A DNA stretch of 64,000 bases, from positions 800,001 to 864,000 of the forward strand of contig CAWEXO010000011.1 of the NCBI GenBank assembly GCA_963813025.1, in the 5' to 3' direction. Position numbers and translations under genes: made by a program. The notes under the pieces are model-generated. The model saw only the letters and a list, made by a program, of their open reading frames with translations, ran no database searches and had not been told where the DNA came from. This document shows, in pieces, positions 38,680 through 48,051 of this stretch. The stretch comes from an uncultured Verrucomicrobiae bacterium (lineage in GTDB: Bacteria > Verrucomicrobiota > Verrucomicrobiia > Chthoniobacterales > JAFAMB01). The stretch's first letter is position 1; every line of letters begins with the position of its first letter.

Positions 38680-39093
38680 GTGAAATTATCTTCCTCCACT
38701 TTAAGAAAAGCGGCCGAGCTGCAGGAAAGGATCGAGCAGTTAGAGAGTCAATTGCGCGAAATATTCAAAACAGGGGAGGAGAATTTGGTAACTCAAGAGG
38801 TACGTCCTGCCGCCAGCCCGGTTCGTCGCCGCGGTCGTCGGAAGACCGAACCATCGGGAACCGTCCGCGGGCGGGGCCGGCGTTCGACTTCCCCGACTGG
38901 GCCTTTAGCGCCCGCCGTGGTGAAGGTGCTCAAGGCAAAGGGATCACCGATGGGAGTTTCCGATATTCTCAGTGGCTTGTTGAGCAACGGCTACAAGTTC
39001 AATTCGCCCGAACCAAAGAAAAACTTATTTGCGCGGATCTATCGCTTAAAAGGCGTGAAACAGGTCGGACCCGGTAGGTTTGCGGCGGCATAG
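38680..39093 (+). CDS. small basic putative DNA-binding protein (coiled coil, Arg-rich linker, winged-helix-like C-terminus)
   Basis: LRKAAELQERIEQLESQL coiled coil, RRRGRRK, then VVKVLK..GSPM.VSDI...L...GY.F. Confidence 0.75.
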   Translation: MKLSSSTLRKAAELQERIEQLESQLREIFKTGEENLVTQEVRPAASPVRRRGRRKTEPSGTVRGRGRRSTSPTGPLAPAVVKVLKAKGSPMGVSDILSGLLSNGYKFNSPEPKKNLFARIYRLKGVKQVGPGRFAAA

Positions 39094-39178
39094 TTTCTCC
39101 TCAGAAAATCGAGCGGTCGTCTTGCTTGGCTGGCGGGGTTTTCTAACGGGTTTCGGCGGTAAGATCTCAGCGCCAGAT

Positions 39179-41857
39179 TCAAAGGACTGTTTGGTCTTTT
39201 TGTTCTCTCGCGAAGCTTTGTGCCTGCTCGACCGTGTCGATGTCGGCGACCGATTTATCGTCGCGGATGCGTTTGATGCGCGGGAAACGCAAAGCCAGCC
39301 CACTCGAATGCCGCTGGCTTACCTGGACCGAATCGAAGGCAACCTCAAGCACGATTTCGGGTTTGACCTCGCGATAACGCCCGTGCACCCGAAGAGTGGT
39401 CCGTTGAAAGTGCTCCGTCAGGTGTTCAATTTCCGCATCGGTTAATCCGGAATAGGCCTTGCCAATAGTCTCTAATTCCCCAGTCGCCTCATCGCGGACG
39501 GCAAAGGTATAGTCGCTGAGAACGTGACTTCGTTTGCCGTGACCCAGCTCTGCTCCAACCACTACGACATCGAGAGTGGCGAATTCTTCTTTCAATTTTA
39601 TCCAACTGCCGCCACGTCGTCCCGGGGAGTAGACGCTGGCGGGATCTTTGATCATCAAGCCTTCGCCCCCAGCTTGACGGGCTAGCAGAAAAGCTCTCCG
39701 GATTTCCTGGGCGGAACTGACGGAAACTATTTTTGAGCGTCGCACCAGTTTGGGCAATGAAATTTGATCAAGCAGCGTACGCCGATAGTGGAGCGGTTGT
39801 TTGATCAGAATTTGGTGATCGAGTGAAAGAAGGTCAAAAGCAACGTAGATCACTGGCACATCGTTCGTTTCAAAAAGATCGAGAGTCTTTTTGCGACCCA
39901 GTCGCCTCTGCAGATCGAAAAAGGTTAGCTTCAGTCCGGCCGCATAAGCGAGGATCTCTCCGTCGAGAATCAGGTCGCGATTGAATCCGGCGCCCGCCAA
40001 CTCAGGAAATTCCTGAGATATATTGCGGAGATCCCGACTGAAAATTTCAACCCGATTACCGTCAGCGTGGAGTTGAGCGCGAATACCGTCGTATTTCCGT
40101 TCAGCGTAAACTGATTTGCCGCTGAGGTCGCGAACGATCCGGGCCCAGATTGATTCGGCGCTGGGTTCCGCAATTGCGAGCATGCAGCGAAGAGGCCGGA
40201 ACGGGGTAACAGTTGCCTCCCGGAGCTTCCTCTTCCTGGCCAGGGTCGCGGTCAGTCCGATATCGCTGGTGAGCATATTTGCTTCCTTCACTTCGTCCAG
40301 GTTGGCTGCGAACGCGTCCGCAATAGCTTCTTCGACCAGTCCCTCCTTCAGGCCTATGCGCAAGTCACCGGTAAGAATGCGAATGACGTAGCTGCCGCTT
40401 AAAGGCGAAAGCTGACGCAAGAGGATGGCGAGGATGTCTCCTTTGGCGAGCGGACCGGCCGCGGCCTGGATTCGCGAAAAAAAACAGCGCACGTCGAGCA
40501 AAGAAAGATCGCCACTGGTTCGGTGCAGCAAAATTTCGTAAGCGATGCGTCCAGTGTCAGCATACCCGGTCGCGATGCGGCGAAAATGAGTTTCACCCAA
40601 GCCAGAGGCCTGGAGGAGAGCGCGTCGAATCACTGCCCAGCCAACTTGTAAAACGCTTTCGCCGGAGCGCGGAAAGGCTTGTCCTGTCAAGAAAATGCTC
40701 GCAATGCTTAGTTCCTCATCGGTTAAACTCCGAAAATAGCTCGCCAGCACCGCGACCTTTTTTCGCTTACCACTGAGTTTGGCGATTTCCTCTGCGATCT
40801 GCGCCAGCTTTCCGAACCCCGCTTCCAAAGCATGATTCGTGACAACAGTGTCGACCCGTTCCGGTTGACCGACAGGAGGGTGAGACAGGGATAACTCAAG
40901 TTGGTTATCTGTCCCAAGTGCCCATGCCTCAACCCCACGACGGCGCAAGTCCGCGGCAAACTCGTGGGCAAAACCATGAACCGTGAGAACCTGCGACGGG
41001 TTGACCAGTTCGACATAGCGCAGCAGATCCGCGTAGTCCGCGTGATCCGAGAGCGGGAAAACGGCGTCGCACTGATAACGAAAAGCTGAGCCAGGATTGA
41101 GGGCCCAGCCGGTTAGCATCGCGGTACGGCGATCCCGGATACTTTGGACGAGACGAGTCTGGTTCGCCCCCGGGGGGCAGATCAGTACACTCCCGGTTTC
41201 CCTCTGGCCGGCGTACAACTCGTAAGCTGGAAGTTTGTGCCCCAGGTCCTCAAAAAGCCGCGTCAGCTGGTACACGCTCGGATGGAGCAGGATGCGCCAA
41301 CCGCAGCCGCGGAGCGCGGACAGGATTTCTTGCGTCTTGCCCAATGAATATCCAAAAAGGATCGGGAGAGCTTCTTCTTCGATCGCCTCAGTGCAAAACT
41401 TCAAAAGATCGGCGATCACCAGGTCGGTGGCCGGGAAAATAAACTGGGGCAACCCATAGGTGGTTTCCATGATCAGAGTATCGGCCTGAACCCACTCGAT
41501 CGGTTCCGCCGATTGCCCATGACGCAGTTTGAAGTCCCCGGTGTACAGGAGGGATGATTGGTTGAAAGCGAGCCAGAGCTGGGCAGATCCAAAGATGTGC
41601 CCGGCCGGATAAAGCACTCCTTCGGCGCCTCGATAGCGGAACGGCTGGCGGAACCGGTAGGCGTACTCGACACGGTTACCTGGTAATCTCGCCGCCATCA
41701 ATTTGGCGGTGATATCCGATAAGAGTACTTCGTGGTGATTCCCGATATGATCGCTATGCGCATGGGAGACGAACGCCGCGGGGCGCTCGTCCCAGGGATC
41801 AAGCCAGAGATCCAGGTCGGGAAGGAAGATTCCGCGATCGAACCGAACAGTATTCAT
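39179..41857 (-). CDS. fusion of MBL/beta-CASP-type exonuclease and ATP-dependent DNA ligase
   Basis: N-terminal SHAHSDH, PAGH.FGS, YTGD, METTYG, YSLGK, LSDHAD; C-terminal DNA-binding domain, ERKYDGIR, LDGE, AFD, EGLMIK, WIKLK, OB fold LRFPR. Confidence 0.93.
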   Translation of the reverse strand: MNTVRFDRGIFLPDLDLWLDPWDERPAAFVSHAHSDHIGNHHEVLLSDITAKLMAARLPGNRVEYAYRFRQPFRYRGAEGVLYPAGHIFGSAQLWLAFNQSSLLYTGDFKLRHGQSAEPIEWVQADTLIMETTYGLPQFIFPATDLVIADLLKFCTEAIEEEALPILFGYSLGKTQEILSALRGCGWRILLHPSVYQLTRLFEDLGHKLPAYELYAGQRETGSVLICPPGANQTRLVQSIRDRRTAMLTGWALNPGSAFRYQCDAVFPLSDHADYADLLRYVELVNPSQVLTVHGFAHEFAADLRRRGVEAWALGTDNQLELSLSHPPVGQPERVDTVVTNHALEAGFGKLAQIAEEIAKLSGKRKKVAVLASYFRSLTDEELSIASIFLTGQAFPRSGESVLQVGWAVIRRALLQASGLGETHFRRIATGYADTGRIAYEILLHRTSGDLSLLDVRCFFSRIQAAAGPLAKGDILAILLRQLSPLSGSYVIRILTGDLRIGLKEGLVEEAIADAFAANLDEVKEANMLTSDIGLTATLARKRKLREATVTPFRPLRCMLAIAEPSAESIWARIVRDLSGKSVYAERKYDGIRAQLHADGNRVEIFSRDLRNISQEFPELAGAGFNRDLILDGEILAYAAGLKLTFFDLQRRLGRKKTLDLFETNDVPVIYVAFDLLSLDHQILIKQPLHYRRTLLDQISLPKLVRRSKIVSVSSAQEIRRAFLLARQAGGEGLMIKDPASVYSPGRRGGSWIKLKEEFATLDVVVVGAELGHGKRSHVLSDYTFAVRDEATGELETIGKAYSGLTDAEIEHLTEHFQRTTLRVHGRYREVKPEIVLEVAFDSVQVSQRHSSGLALRFPRIKRIRDDKSVADIDTVEQAQSFAREQKDQTVL

Positions 41858-42045
41858 GGATCTACGGGACAGCTGTCCGAAAGAGGCAGTCCGTCTTTCC
41901 TGAAGATCAATGCCGGCTGGGGGGCGGCGAGGGACAAAACGGTCGCCGATAAGAAAATTAATGGAATCATCGGCCGGTTTGGGCGGTTGAATCTCTCAGG
42001 AGCCGGGCAGCCGTCACTTGACACAGGTCTGCCCGGTCGGTTCTT

Positions 42046-42582
42046 ATGCGGCTCATGAAGAAAATGGCGCTGAGCGTTGCGGCCGGCTCCCTCTTGCTGG
42101 TGTTTTTTGCCAGGGCTGACAGCACTCCGCTGCCCATGGTGCAGGCCAACCCGCTGCCGTTGGCGTTGAGCGACGATTTTCAATTTCGCAAATTTACAAT
42201 TTTTAACAACACCCCGCTGCGGCCGGGTGCGACACCCATTCCGACTCGCGAGCTCATGATCGATTTCGAGCGAAAACGGCGGTTTTGGGGCGCAATTGAC
42301 GGCTCGGAGATTTTTCGACGGATCGGCCAATACTTCACTTTTTCCTGGCGAACCAAACGACGAGCAAACCTCACCTTGCGCCTGGAGTATCGGCAAAGGA
42401 ATCTGCAGAACTACGTCCAAGGGCGGGAAATCTATTATCCGAATGTGAAAGGCAGTTACTATTCGGAGTTTTCCGTGGTTGGAAATGATTATCAACAGGA
42501 TGGTCCAATCACTTCGTGGCGAGCGATTTTGATCGAAAATAACACAATTGTCGCGCTTTTACAGTCACGCACATGGCGCTAG
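42046..42582 (+). CDS. hypothetical secreted protein
   Basis: Signal peptide; beta-rich domain ending G.ITSWRA.L......VA...S..W. Confidence 0.8.
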   Translation: MRLMKKMALSVAAGSLLLVFFARADSTPLPMVQANPLPLALSDDFQFRKFTIFNNTPLRPGATPIPTRELMIDFERKRRFWGAIDGSEIFRRIGQYFTFSWRTKRRANLTLRLEYRQRNLQNYVQGREIYYPNVKGSYYSEFSVVGNDYQQDGPITSWRAILIENNTIVALLQSRTWR

Positions 42583-42593
42583 GTGTCCGCTAT

Positions 42594-42623
42594 TTGACAC
42601 CGAAAGTTCGGGAAAGATATATT
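42594..42623 (+). promoter_or_regulatory. putative sigma70 promoter
   Basis: TTGACA-18 nt-TATATT ahead of the STAS gene. Confidence 0.5.
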
Positions 42624-42625
42624 TG

Positions 42626-43150
42626 ATGAAATTTGTGAGTGTACCAGCTTCCATTCTGGTCGGGGTAACCGGGAAATCAGTTCAGATCAGGGTGCAAGGC
42701 AAAGGCTCCTTTCAGAACAGCCCGGCGCTGAAAGAGTTCGCGAAGGAAATGTTCGATCGTGGACAGAGAATCTTCGTGATTGATCTGAAGATGTGTTCTG
42801 TGATGGACTCAACGTTTATGGGGACGCTGGCGGGAATTGCTTTACGCCTGCGCGAGGCAGGGTCAGGTTCGCTTCAGGTCATCAACGTGAACGAGCGTAA
42901 TTACGAGCTTCTCCGGAATCTTGGTTTGAATAATCTCTTCGAGATTGGGTCGAAACCGACTGAGACCGCAGTGGGTAGTGAAGAAACGGAGGCTCTCGAT
43001 CATCAGCAAGTAGTGAGTCGTTCTGATCAGGCGGAGTGTATGATCGAAGCGCATGAAGCACTCGTGGGCGCCGATCCCGAAAACCTCGCGCGATTCAAGG
43101 ATGTTTTGGAGTATTTGAGGCAGGACCTGCGCACCGGTGCCTCGAACTAA
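42626..43150 (+). CDS. STAS domain anti-sigma factor antagonist
   Basis: FVIDL..C..MDSTFMGTL, LRNLGL; start approximate. Confidence 0.9.
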   Translation: MKFVSVPASILVGVTGKSVQIRVQGKGSFQNSPALKEFAKEMFDRGQRIFVIDLKMCSVMDSTFMGTLAGIALRLREAGSGSLQVINVNERNYELLRNLGLNNLFEIGSKPTETAVGSEETEALDHQQVVSRSDQAECMIEAHEALVGADPENLARFKDVLEYLRQDLRTGASN

Positions 43151-43159
43151 CTCCGTTCG

Positions 43160-44596
43160 ATGTGGTCCTTCACCCTGATAGGACTACTCGCCCTCAGTCT
43201 ATTCTTTCTCGCGGCGGTCTGCTACCGGCAGCGCAAAATGATCAGCGATCTGCGTCGGGCGCGGGAAGACCTGCAGATTGAGGAGACGCGGGTCTTCGAT
43301 TTTTTGCACGGACTCGGCGAAGCGTTTTCCGAGAATCTCAAGGCCTCCGACTTACACCGGCTTATTGTCGAAGGGGCGACGCGGATTCTCGACGCGCACG
43401 GAGGCGCCTTGTATCTGTCCGGCCGCAATGGTCAGGAGCTGATTCCAGCTTTCCTCTCTAAAGACTGTCCACCGCTGGTGGAAATCCCGGACGAAGTGCT
43501 CCGGCAAAGCTCAGCGAGCGCACTTGGCGCGGAGAGTTATCTTCGTTTGCACACGGTCAAACGCGGAGAAGGGTTACTCGGCACCGTCTGGGACAAAAAG
43601 GAGCCGCTTTTTCTCTCCAGTCGCGATTGTGATCCTCGCTTGGACAATCTCAAGCACTCCGCTTTGCGCATGGATTCGGTCATGATCGGACCCTTGATTT
43701 ATGGCGGGCAAAGCCTCGGTGTTCTCGCGGTGGCAAACGGCCCGATGAGCACTCCGTTTTCGCCCTCGGATTTCGTCGTCTTTCAGTCGATCGTCGAACA
43801 GTCGGCTTTCGCGCTGTACAATGCGATGGTGTATCTGGAGGCGGGAGAAAAAAGGCGGATCGATCGAGATTTGCAGGTTGCTCATGACATTCAGAGAATC
43901 CTGCTGCCAAACAGATCCCCGGAAATCCCCGGATATGAAATTGTTGGCGTTAATATTCCCGCCAGCCAGGTGAGTGGAGATTATTACGACTACATTCCGG
44001 TGGACGAAAGCCGGCTGGGGGTTGTTATCGCCGACGTTTCGGGAAAAGGAGTTCCCGCCGCGCTGATCATGGCCATGTGTCGAAGCGTCCTCCGCGCAGC
44101 TGCAGAGGCAAATCCCTCGGCGGCCAGGGTTTTGCAGCTGGTCAATCGACAACTGTATCCCGATATTCGCGAGGACATGTTTATCAGTATGGCCTATTCG
44201 GTCCTGGAGAGGGCAGGGAACGAAATCGTTCTAGCGCGGGCCGGCCACGACGCGCCGCTGCTCTTTCGAGCCGCTGACCGTTCGGTGACGCGGATCAACC
44301 CGCCGGGTCTGGCCCTGGGAATTGACAGTGGGGACGTTTTCGATAGGGTAACCGGCGATTTCCGGGTACGCCTCGAGCCAAATGATTGCTTTGTATTTTA
44401 TACCGATGGCGTGACCGAAGCACTGGATACGAATGGCTTAGAATTCGGGATAACAAGGCTGATCGAAGTGATTCAAGCCAGCGCTGCGGACGGAGCGCCC
44501 GCCGTGGTGAACCGTGTTACCAGCGAAGTGAAAGCCTTCGGCGGCGGTCAGCCTCAAACCGACGATATTACCTTGATCGTGATTCGGAAATTATGA
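43160..44596 (+). CDS. GAF plus SpoIIE/PP2C phosphatase (RsbU-like)
   Basis: N-terminal TM, GAF region, VSGDYYD, IADVSGKG, RAGH, YTDGVTEA, DDIT. Confidence 0.93.
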   Translation: MWSFTLIGLLALSLFFLAAVCYRQRKMISDLRRAREDLQIEETRVFDFLHGLGEAFSENLKASDLHRLIVEGATRILDAHGGALYLSGRNGQELIPAFLSKDCPPLVEIPDEVLRQSSASALGAESYLRLHTVKRGEGLLGTVWDKKEPLFLSSRDCDPRLDNLKHSALRMDSVMIGPLIYGGQSLGVLAVANGPMSTPFSPSDFVVFQSIVEQSAFALYNAMVYLEAGEKRRIDRDLQVAHDIQRILLPNRSPEIPGYEIVGVNIPASQVSGDYYDYIPVDESRLGVVIADVSGKGVPAALIMAMCRSVLRAAAEANPSAARVLQLVNRQLYPDIREDMFISMAYSVLERAGNEIVLARAGHDAPLLFRAADRSVTRINPPGLALGIDSGDVFDRVTGDFRVRLEPNDCFVFYTDGVTEALDTNGLEFGITRLIEVIQASAADGAPAVVNRVTSEVKAFGGGQPQTDDITLIVIRKL

Positions 44597-45165
44597 GTAG
44601 ACCGAAAGATAAATTTGATGTGATCGGCACTGAGTTCGAGGCCGGTCCGGACGACGAACCGGTGGGCTCTGCGGAAGAGAACTCCGAGATTGTCGAGCTG
44701 CGCCGGAAAGTCGCTGAGTACCAGGATCGAGCCTTGCGCGCCATCGCCGAACTGGACAACTACCGGAAACGGGTTGCTCGCGAAAAGGAGGATTCCGTTC
44801 GTTACGCCAATGCCGGTTTCCTGGAGCGGTTGCTGCCTATTTTGGACAATTTTGAGCTTGGGTTGCAGGCTGCGCGCTCAGGCAACAGTAACTCGGCTGT
44901 CCTGGATGGAATGAGCATGGTTTATAAACAGCTTCAGGATTTTTTAACCGCCTCCGGTGTCGAGTCCATTGAGGCTGAAGGCCAGCGTTTTGATCCGAAA
45001 GTGCATGAGGCGATTGCCCAGGAAGAGCATCCTGAGCTGGAGGAAGGAATGGTAGTACGGCAACTGCGCCGCGGCTACAAACTTCGTGATCGGTTGATCC
45101 GCCCGGCGAATGTCATCGTGGCGAAAGCACCCGCTGGCGAAACTGCAAACGAGCGTGAGGGATAG
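44593..45165 (+). CDS. grpE: nucleotide exchange factor GrpE
   Basis: [41 protein letters not shown]. Confidence 0.96.
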   Translation: MSRPKDKFDVIGTEFEAGPDDEPVGSAEENSEIVELRRKVAEYQDRALRAIAELDNYRKRVAREKEDSVRYANAGFLERLLPILDNFELGLQAARSGNSNSAVLDGMSMVYKQLQDFLTASGVESIEAEGQRFDPKVHEAIAQEEHPELEEGMVVRQLRRGYKLRDRLIRPANVIVAKAPAGETANEREG

Positions 45166-46332
45166 ATGATGGCAACAAAACGCGATTATTACGACGTCCT
45201 GGGCGTCGATCGCAACTCTTCGACGGAGGAGATAAAAAGGCATACCGCAAATTGGCGGTTCGATTTCATCCCGACAAGAATCCCGGTGACCCGGCCGCCG
45301 AAGACAAGTTCAAGGAACTTGGCGAAGCATACGAGGTGCTGATCGATGAGCAAAAGCGCGCTGCTTACGACCGGTACGGACACGCCGCTTTTGCCGGGGG
45401 GGCCGGTCGTTCAAGCGGCGGGTTTGGCGGAGGTTTTCACGATCCTTTTGACATTTTCCGCGAGGTCTTCGGTATGGGTTCTGAGGGTGGGGCGGGAGGA
45501 GGGATTTTTGATCAGCTCTTTGGCACGAGCGCCGCTCCGCGCGATCGCAGCGGGCGGCAACGAGGCTCGGATCTCCGCTACGATCTGCAAATTAGTTTAG
45601 AGGAAGCAGCTTTTGGGGTTGAGAAAGAGATTGACCTGCTCAAGCACGAAGTCTGCTCCGCATTGCCACGGATCTGGAGCCGAGGCTGGCTCGAAAGCGG
45701 CTACTTGTCCGACTTGTCAGGGACGAGGCCAAGTGATAACCGCGCGCGGCTTTTTCCAGGTGTCGCAGACTTGTCCCCGCTGTCGCGGTACCGGTCAGGT
45801 GATCGAGCGCCCCTGCCGCGATTGCGGCGGTGACGGTCGGCTCGAGAAGCGATCTCGGATCAAACTGAAGATTCCCGCCGGCATTGATGACGGCGCCCGT
45901 TTGCGATCATCGCGCAATGGTGAGGCCGGCGTCCGCGGGGGTTCTCCCGGAGACCTTTACGTTGTTATTCATATCCGTGAACATGAGATCTTTACCCGGG
46001 AAGACGACGACCTCTATTGCGAAGTGCCGGTGTCTTTTGCGACCGCGGCGCTGGGAGGTGAGGTAAAGGTCCCGACCTTGGAAGGTCAAGCGCTGCTCCG
46101 CATTCCAACGGGCACTCAGAGCGGCACGCAGTTTCGGATTCGCGGTCATGGAGTGGCTAACATGGATAGCCGAAGCCGAGGAGACCTGCGGGTGCGGGCC
46201 ATTGTCGAAGTGCCGACACGTTTGAATTCCGAACAGCGCCGCAAACTCGAAGAGTTTGCTAGCTCCTGCGGAGAAGACAATAGCCCGATGCACAAATCGT
46301 TTTTCGAAAAGGCTAAGGAGTTTTTTCGCTGA
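45166..46332 (+). CDS. dnaJ: molecular chaperone DnaJ (two apparent 1-nt frameshifts at ~45237 and ~45657)
   Basis: [20 protein letters not shown] region, CxxCxGxG repeats and C-terminal domain split across frames. Confidence 0.93.
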
Positions 46333-46334
46333 CC

Positions 46335-47108
46335 GTTCACCGCTTCTATATCGCTCCGGCCGATTGGAAATCGACGGCCTTGGCGCTGACCGGTCCGCAA
46401 GCACATCATTGCGCGGACGTGCTCCGATTGCCGATGGGCGCACGCGTAGTCGTGTTTGACGGCGAGGGTACGGAAGTCACAGCCGAGATTACTGACCTGG
46501 CCAAATCTACCGTTTTTCTCAAGTCGGTGTTGACCAACCGAAGTCCTCGTTTGCCCTATCGGTTAATCCTCGCGCAGGCTTTGCCAAAGGGAAAACAGAT
46601 GGACATGATTGTTCAGAAAGCGACTGAGCTTGGTGTCTCGACGATCATCCCTTTGCTCTCGGAACGCACGGTTATTCAGGTTGACTCGGGCGAGGAGGAA
46701 CACAGAGCAGTCCGTTGGAAACAAATCGCAATCGAAGCGGCCAAGCAATGCGGTCAGAACTGGCTGCCGGAGATGCGCCGTCCAGTTCGACCGAAAGCGT
46801 TTCTTACTGACCCGGAGCCGTGCGATGTCGCATTCATCGGTTCGCTCCAGGATGATGCGCGGGAATTTCGACTCGCCTTTGCCGAATATCGCGAGCGGAA
46901 CAACGGGAAGAGCCCGGCGTCGGCGATGATGTTAATCGGTCCGGAGGGGGATTTTACGCCCGCCGAATTGGCCTTGGCCAGGTCGGCTGGCTGTATCCCG
47001 GTATCGCTTGGACCAATTGTTCTTCGCACTGAGACCGCAGCCATTTTCAGCCTGAGCGTACTTTCCTATGAGCTGAGAAATGCCGAGAATTCCCGGCAGC
47101 GTCGGTAA
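46335..47108 (+). CDS. rsmE: 16S rRNA m3U1498 methyltransferase
   Basis: HRFY N-terminus, H...VLR, QKATELG, EAAKQCG, IGPEGDF, SLGPIVLRTETA; start codon unclear. Confidence 0.93.
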   Translation, partial: VHRFYIAPADWKSTALALTGPQAHHCADVLRLPMGARVVVFDGEGTEVTAEITDLAKSTVFLKSVLTNRSPRLPYRLILAQALPKGKQMDMIVQKATELGVSTIIPLLSERTVIQVDSGEEEHRAVRWKQIAIEAAKQCGQNWLPEMRRPVRPKAFLTDPEPCDVAFIGSLQDDAREFRLAFAEYRERNNGKSPASAMMLIGPEGDFTPAELALARSAGCIPVSLGPIVLRTETAAIFSLSVLSYELRNAENSRQRR

Positions 47109-47327
47109 GGGAAGTTCGGGGAAGTCAGGGAAGTTCAAGTAAGTCGGGTCAGCGGCTGCCCCGAGCTTGTCTTGCGATCGCTTTCGCAGAGCGGATCAAA
47201 ACAATTCTTTCAGGAAAGGAATCAGTAAAGGCATACGCTTTCTCTGCCCGATCAGCTCCCCTGACCTTCCCTGAAACTTCCCCGACCTTCCCCGAATTTC
47301 CCTGAATTTCCCTGAACTTCCCCGAAC
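47109..47327. repeat. GGGAAGTTC 9-mer tandem repeats in inverted arrangement
   Basis: About 3 units at 47109-47137 and about 7 reverse-complement units at 47258-47327. Confidence 0.8.
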
Positions 47328-47413
47328 CGAAAGCCGGCGCTGGACAACTCCTCAGTCGTAAGGCAATAGTTTCGCGGTTCCTGCTCCGGCGATTGGCAAT
47401 CGGCCCGGCTGAT

Positions 47414-48003
47414 ATGAATGACGTTTTGCACAAAGCGACGGTTCTCGTTTTGAACCGAAATTGGCAGGCGATCGATGTGAAAACGCCTGCACAAGCCTTT
47501 TGCATGATGGCAAATGGCAACGCCACGGCTCTCGATATTGAGGACGCTGGCGATATGCGTCCAGTCCGTTGGGTGGAATGGCTCGGATTGCCTGTCCGCG
47601 AAGAAGATTACTCGGTGCGAACCGTCCGCGGTGGAGTCCGGGTTCCGACCGTACTTGTACTTGCCCGGTACAATAAGGTGCCGCGGCGCCGCCCGAAGCT
47701 TTCGACCAAAGGCATTTGGGAGAGGGATGGCGGGAAATGCCAGTATACTGGAAGGAAACTGGCCCCTCACGAAGGCAACATTGATCATGTCGTTCCTCGG
47801 TCTCGAGGTGGCACGACAACGTGGGAGAACTGTGTTCTGGCCGATAAAAGGTGAATAGCCGCAAAGGCAATCGCTTGCCGGAAGAGATCGGTTTGCAGCT
47901 TAAGAAAATGCCGGAAACACCACGCGAACTGCCGGTGACCTACTTCATCCGAAACGCACACAATGTGCGCGACTGGGATCATTTCCTGGTGCATGTGGCC
48001 TAG
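47414..48003 (+). CDS. HNH endonuclease (1-nt frameshift at ~47848)
   Basis: VLVLN, RDGGKCQYTG, NIDHVVPRSRGG.TTWEN.V, then VNSRKGNRLPEE in a shifted frame to TAG 48003. Confidence 0.88.
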
Positions 48004-48051
48004 CGCGCCGTCTCCTATATAGCGATGACGATCCCTAAGGATTGATGAGCG

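Noticed and set aside
45166..46332. dnaJ pseudogene or programmed frameshift
   Set aside because: There are no in-frame stops or other decay once two single bases are corrected, and similar indels recur in unrelated genes.
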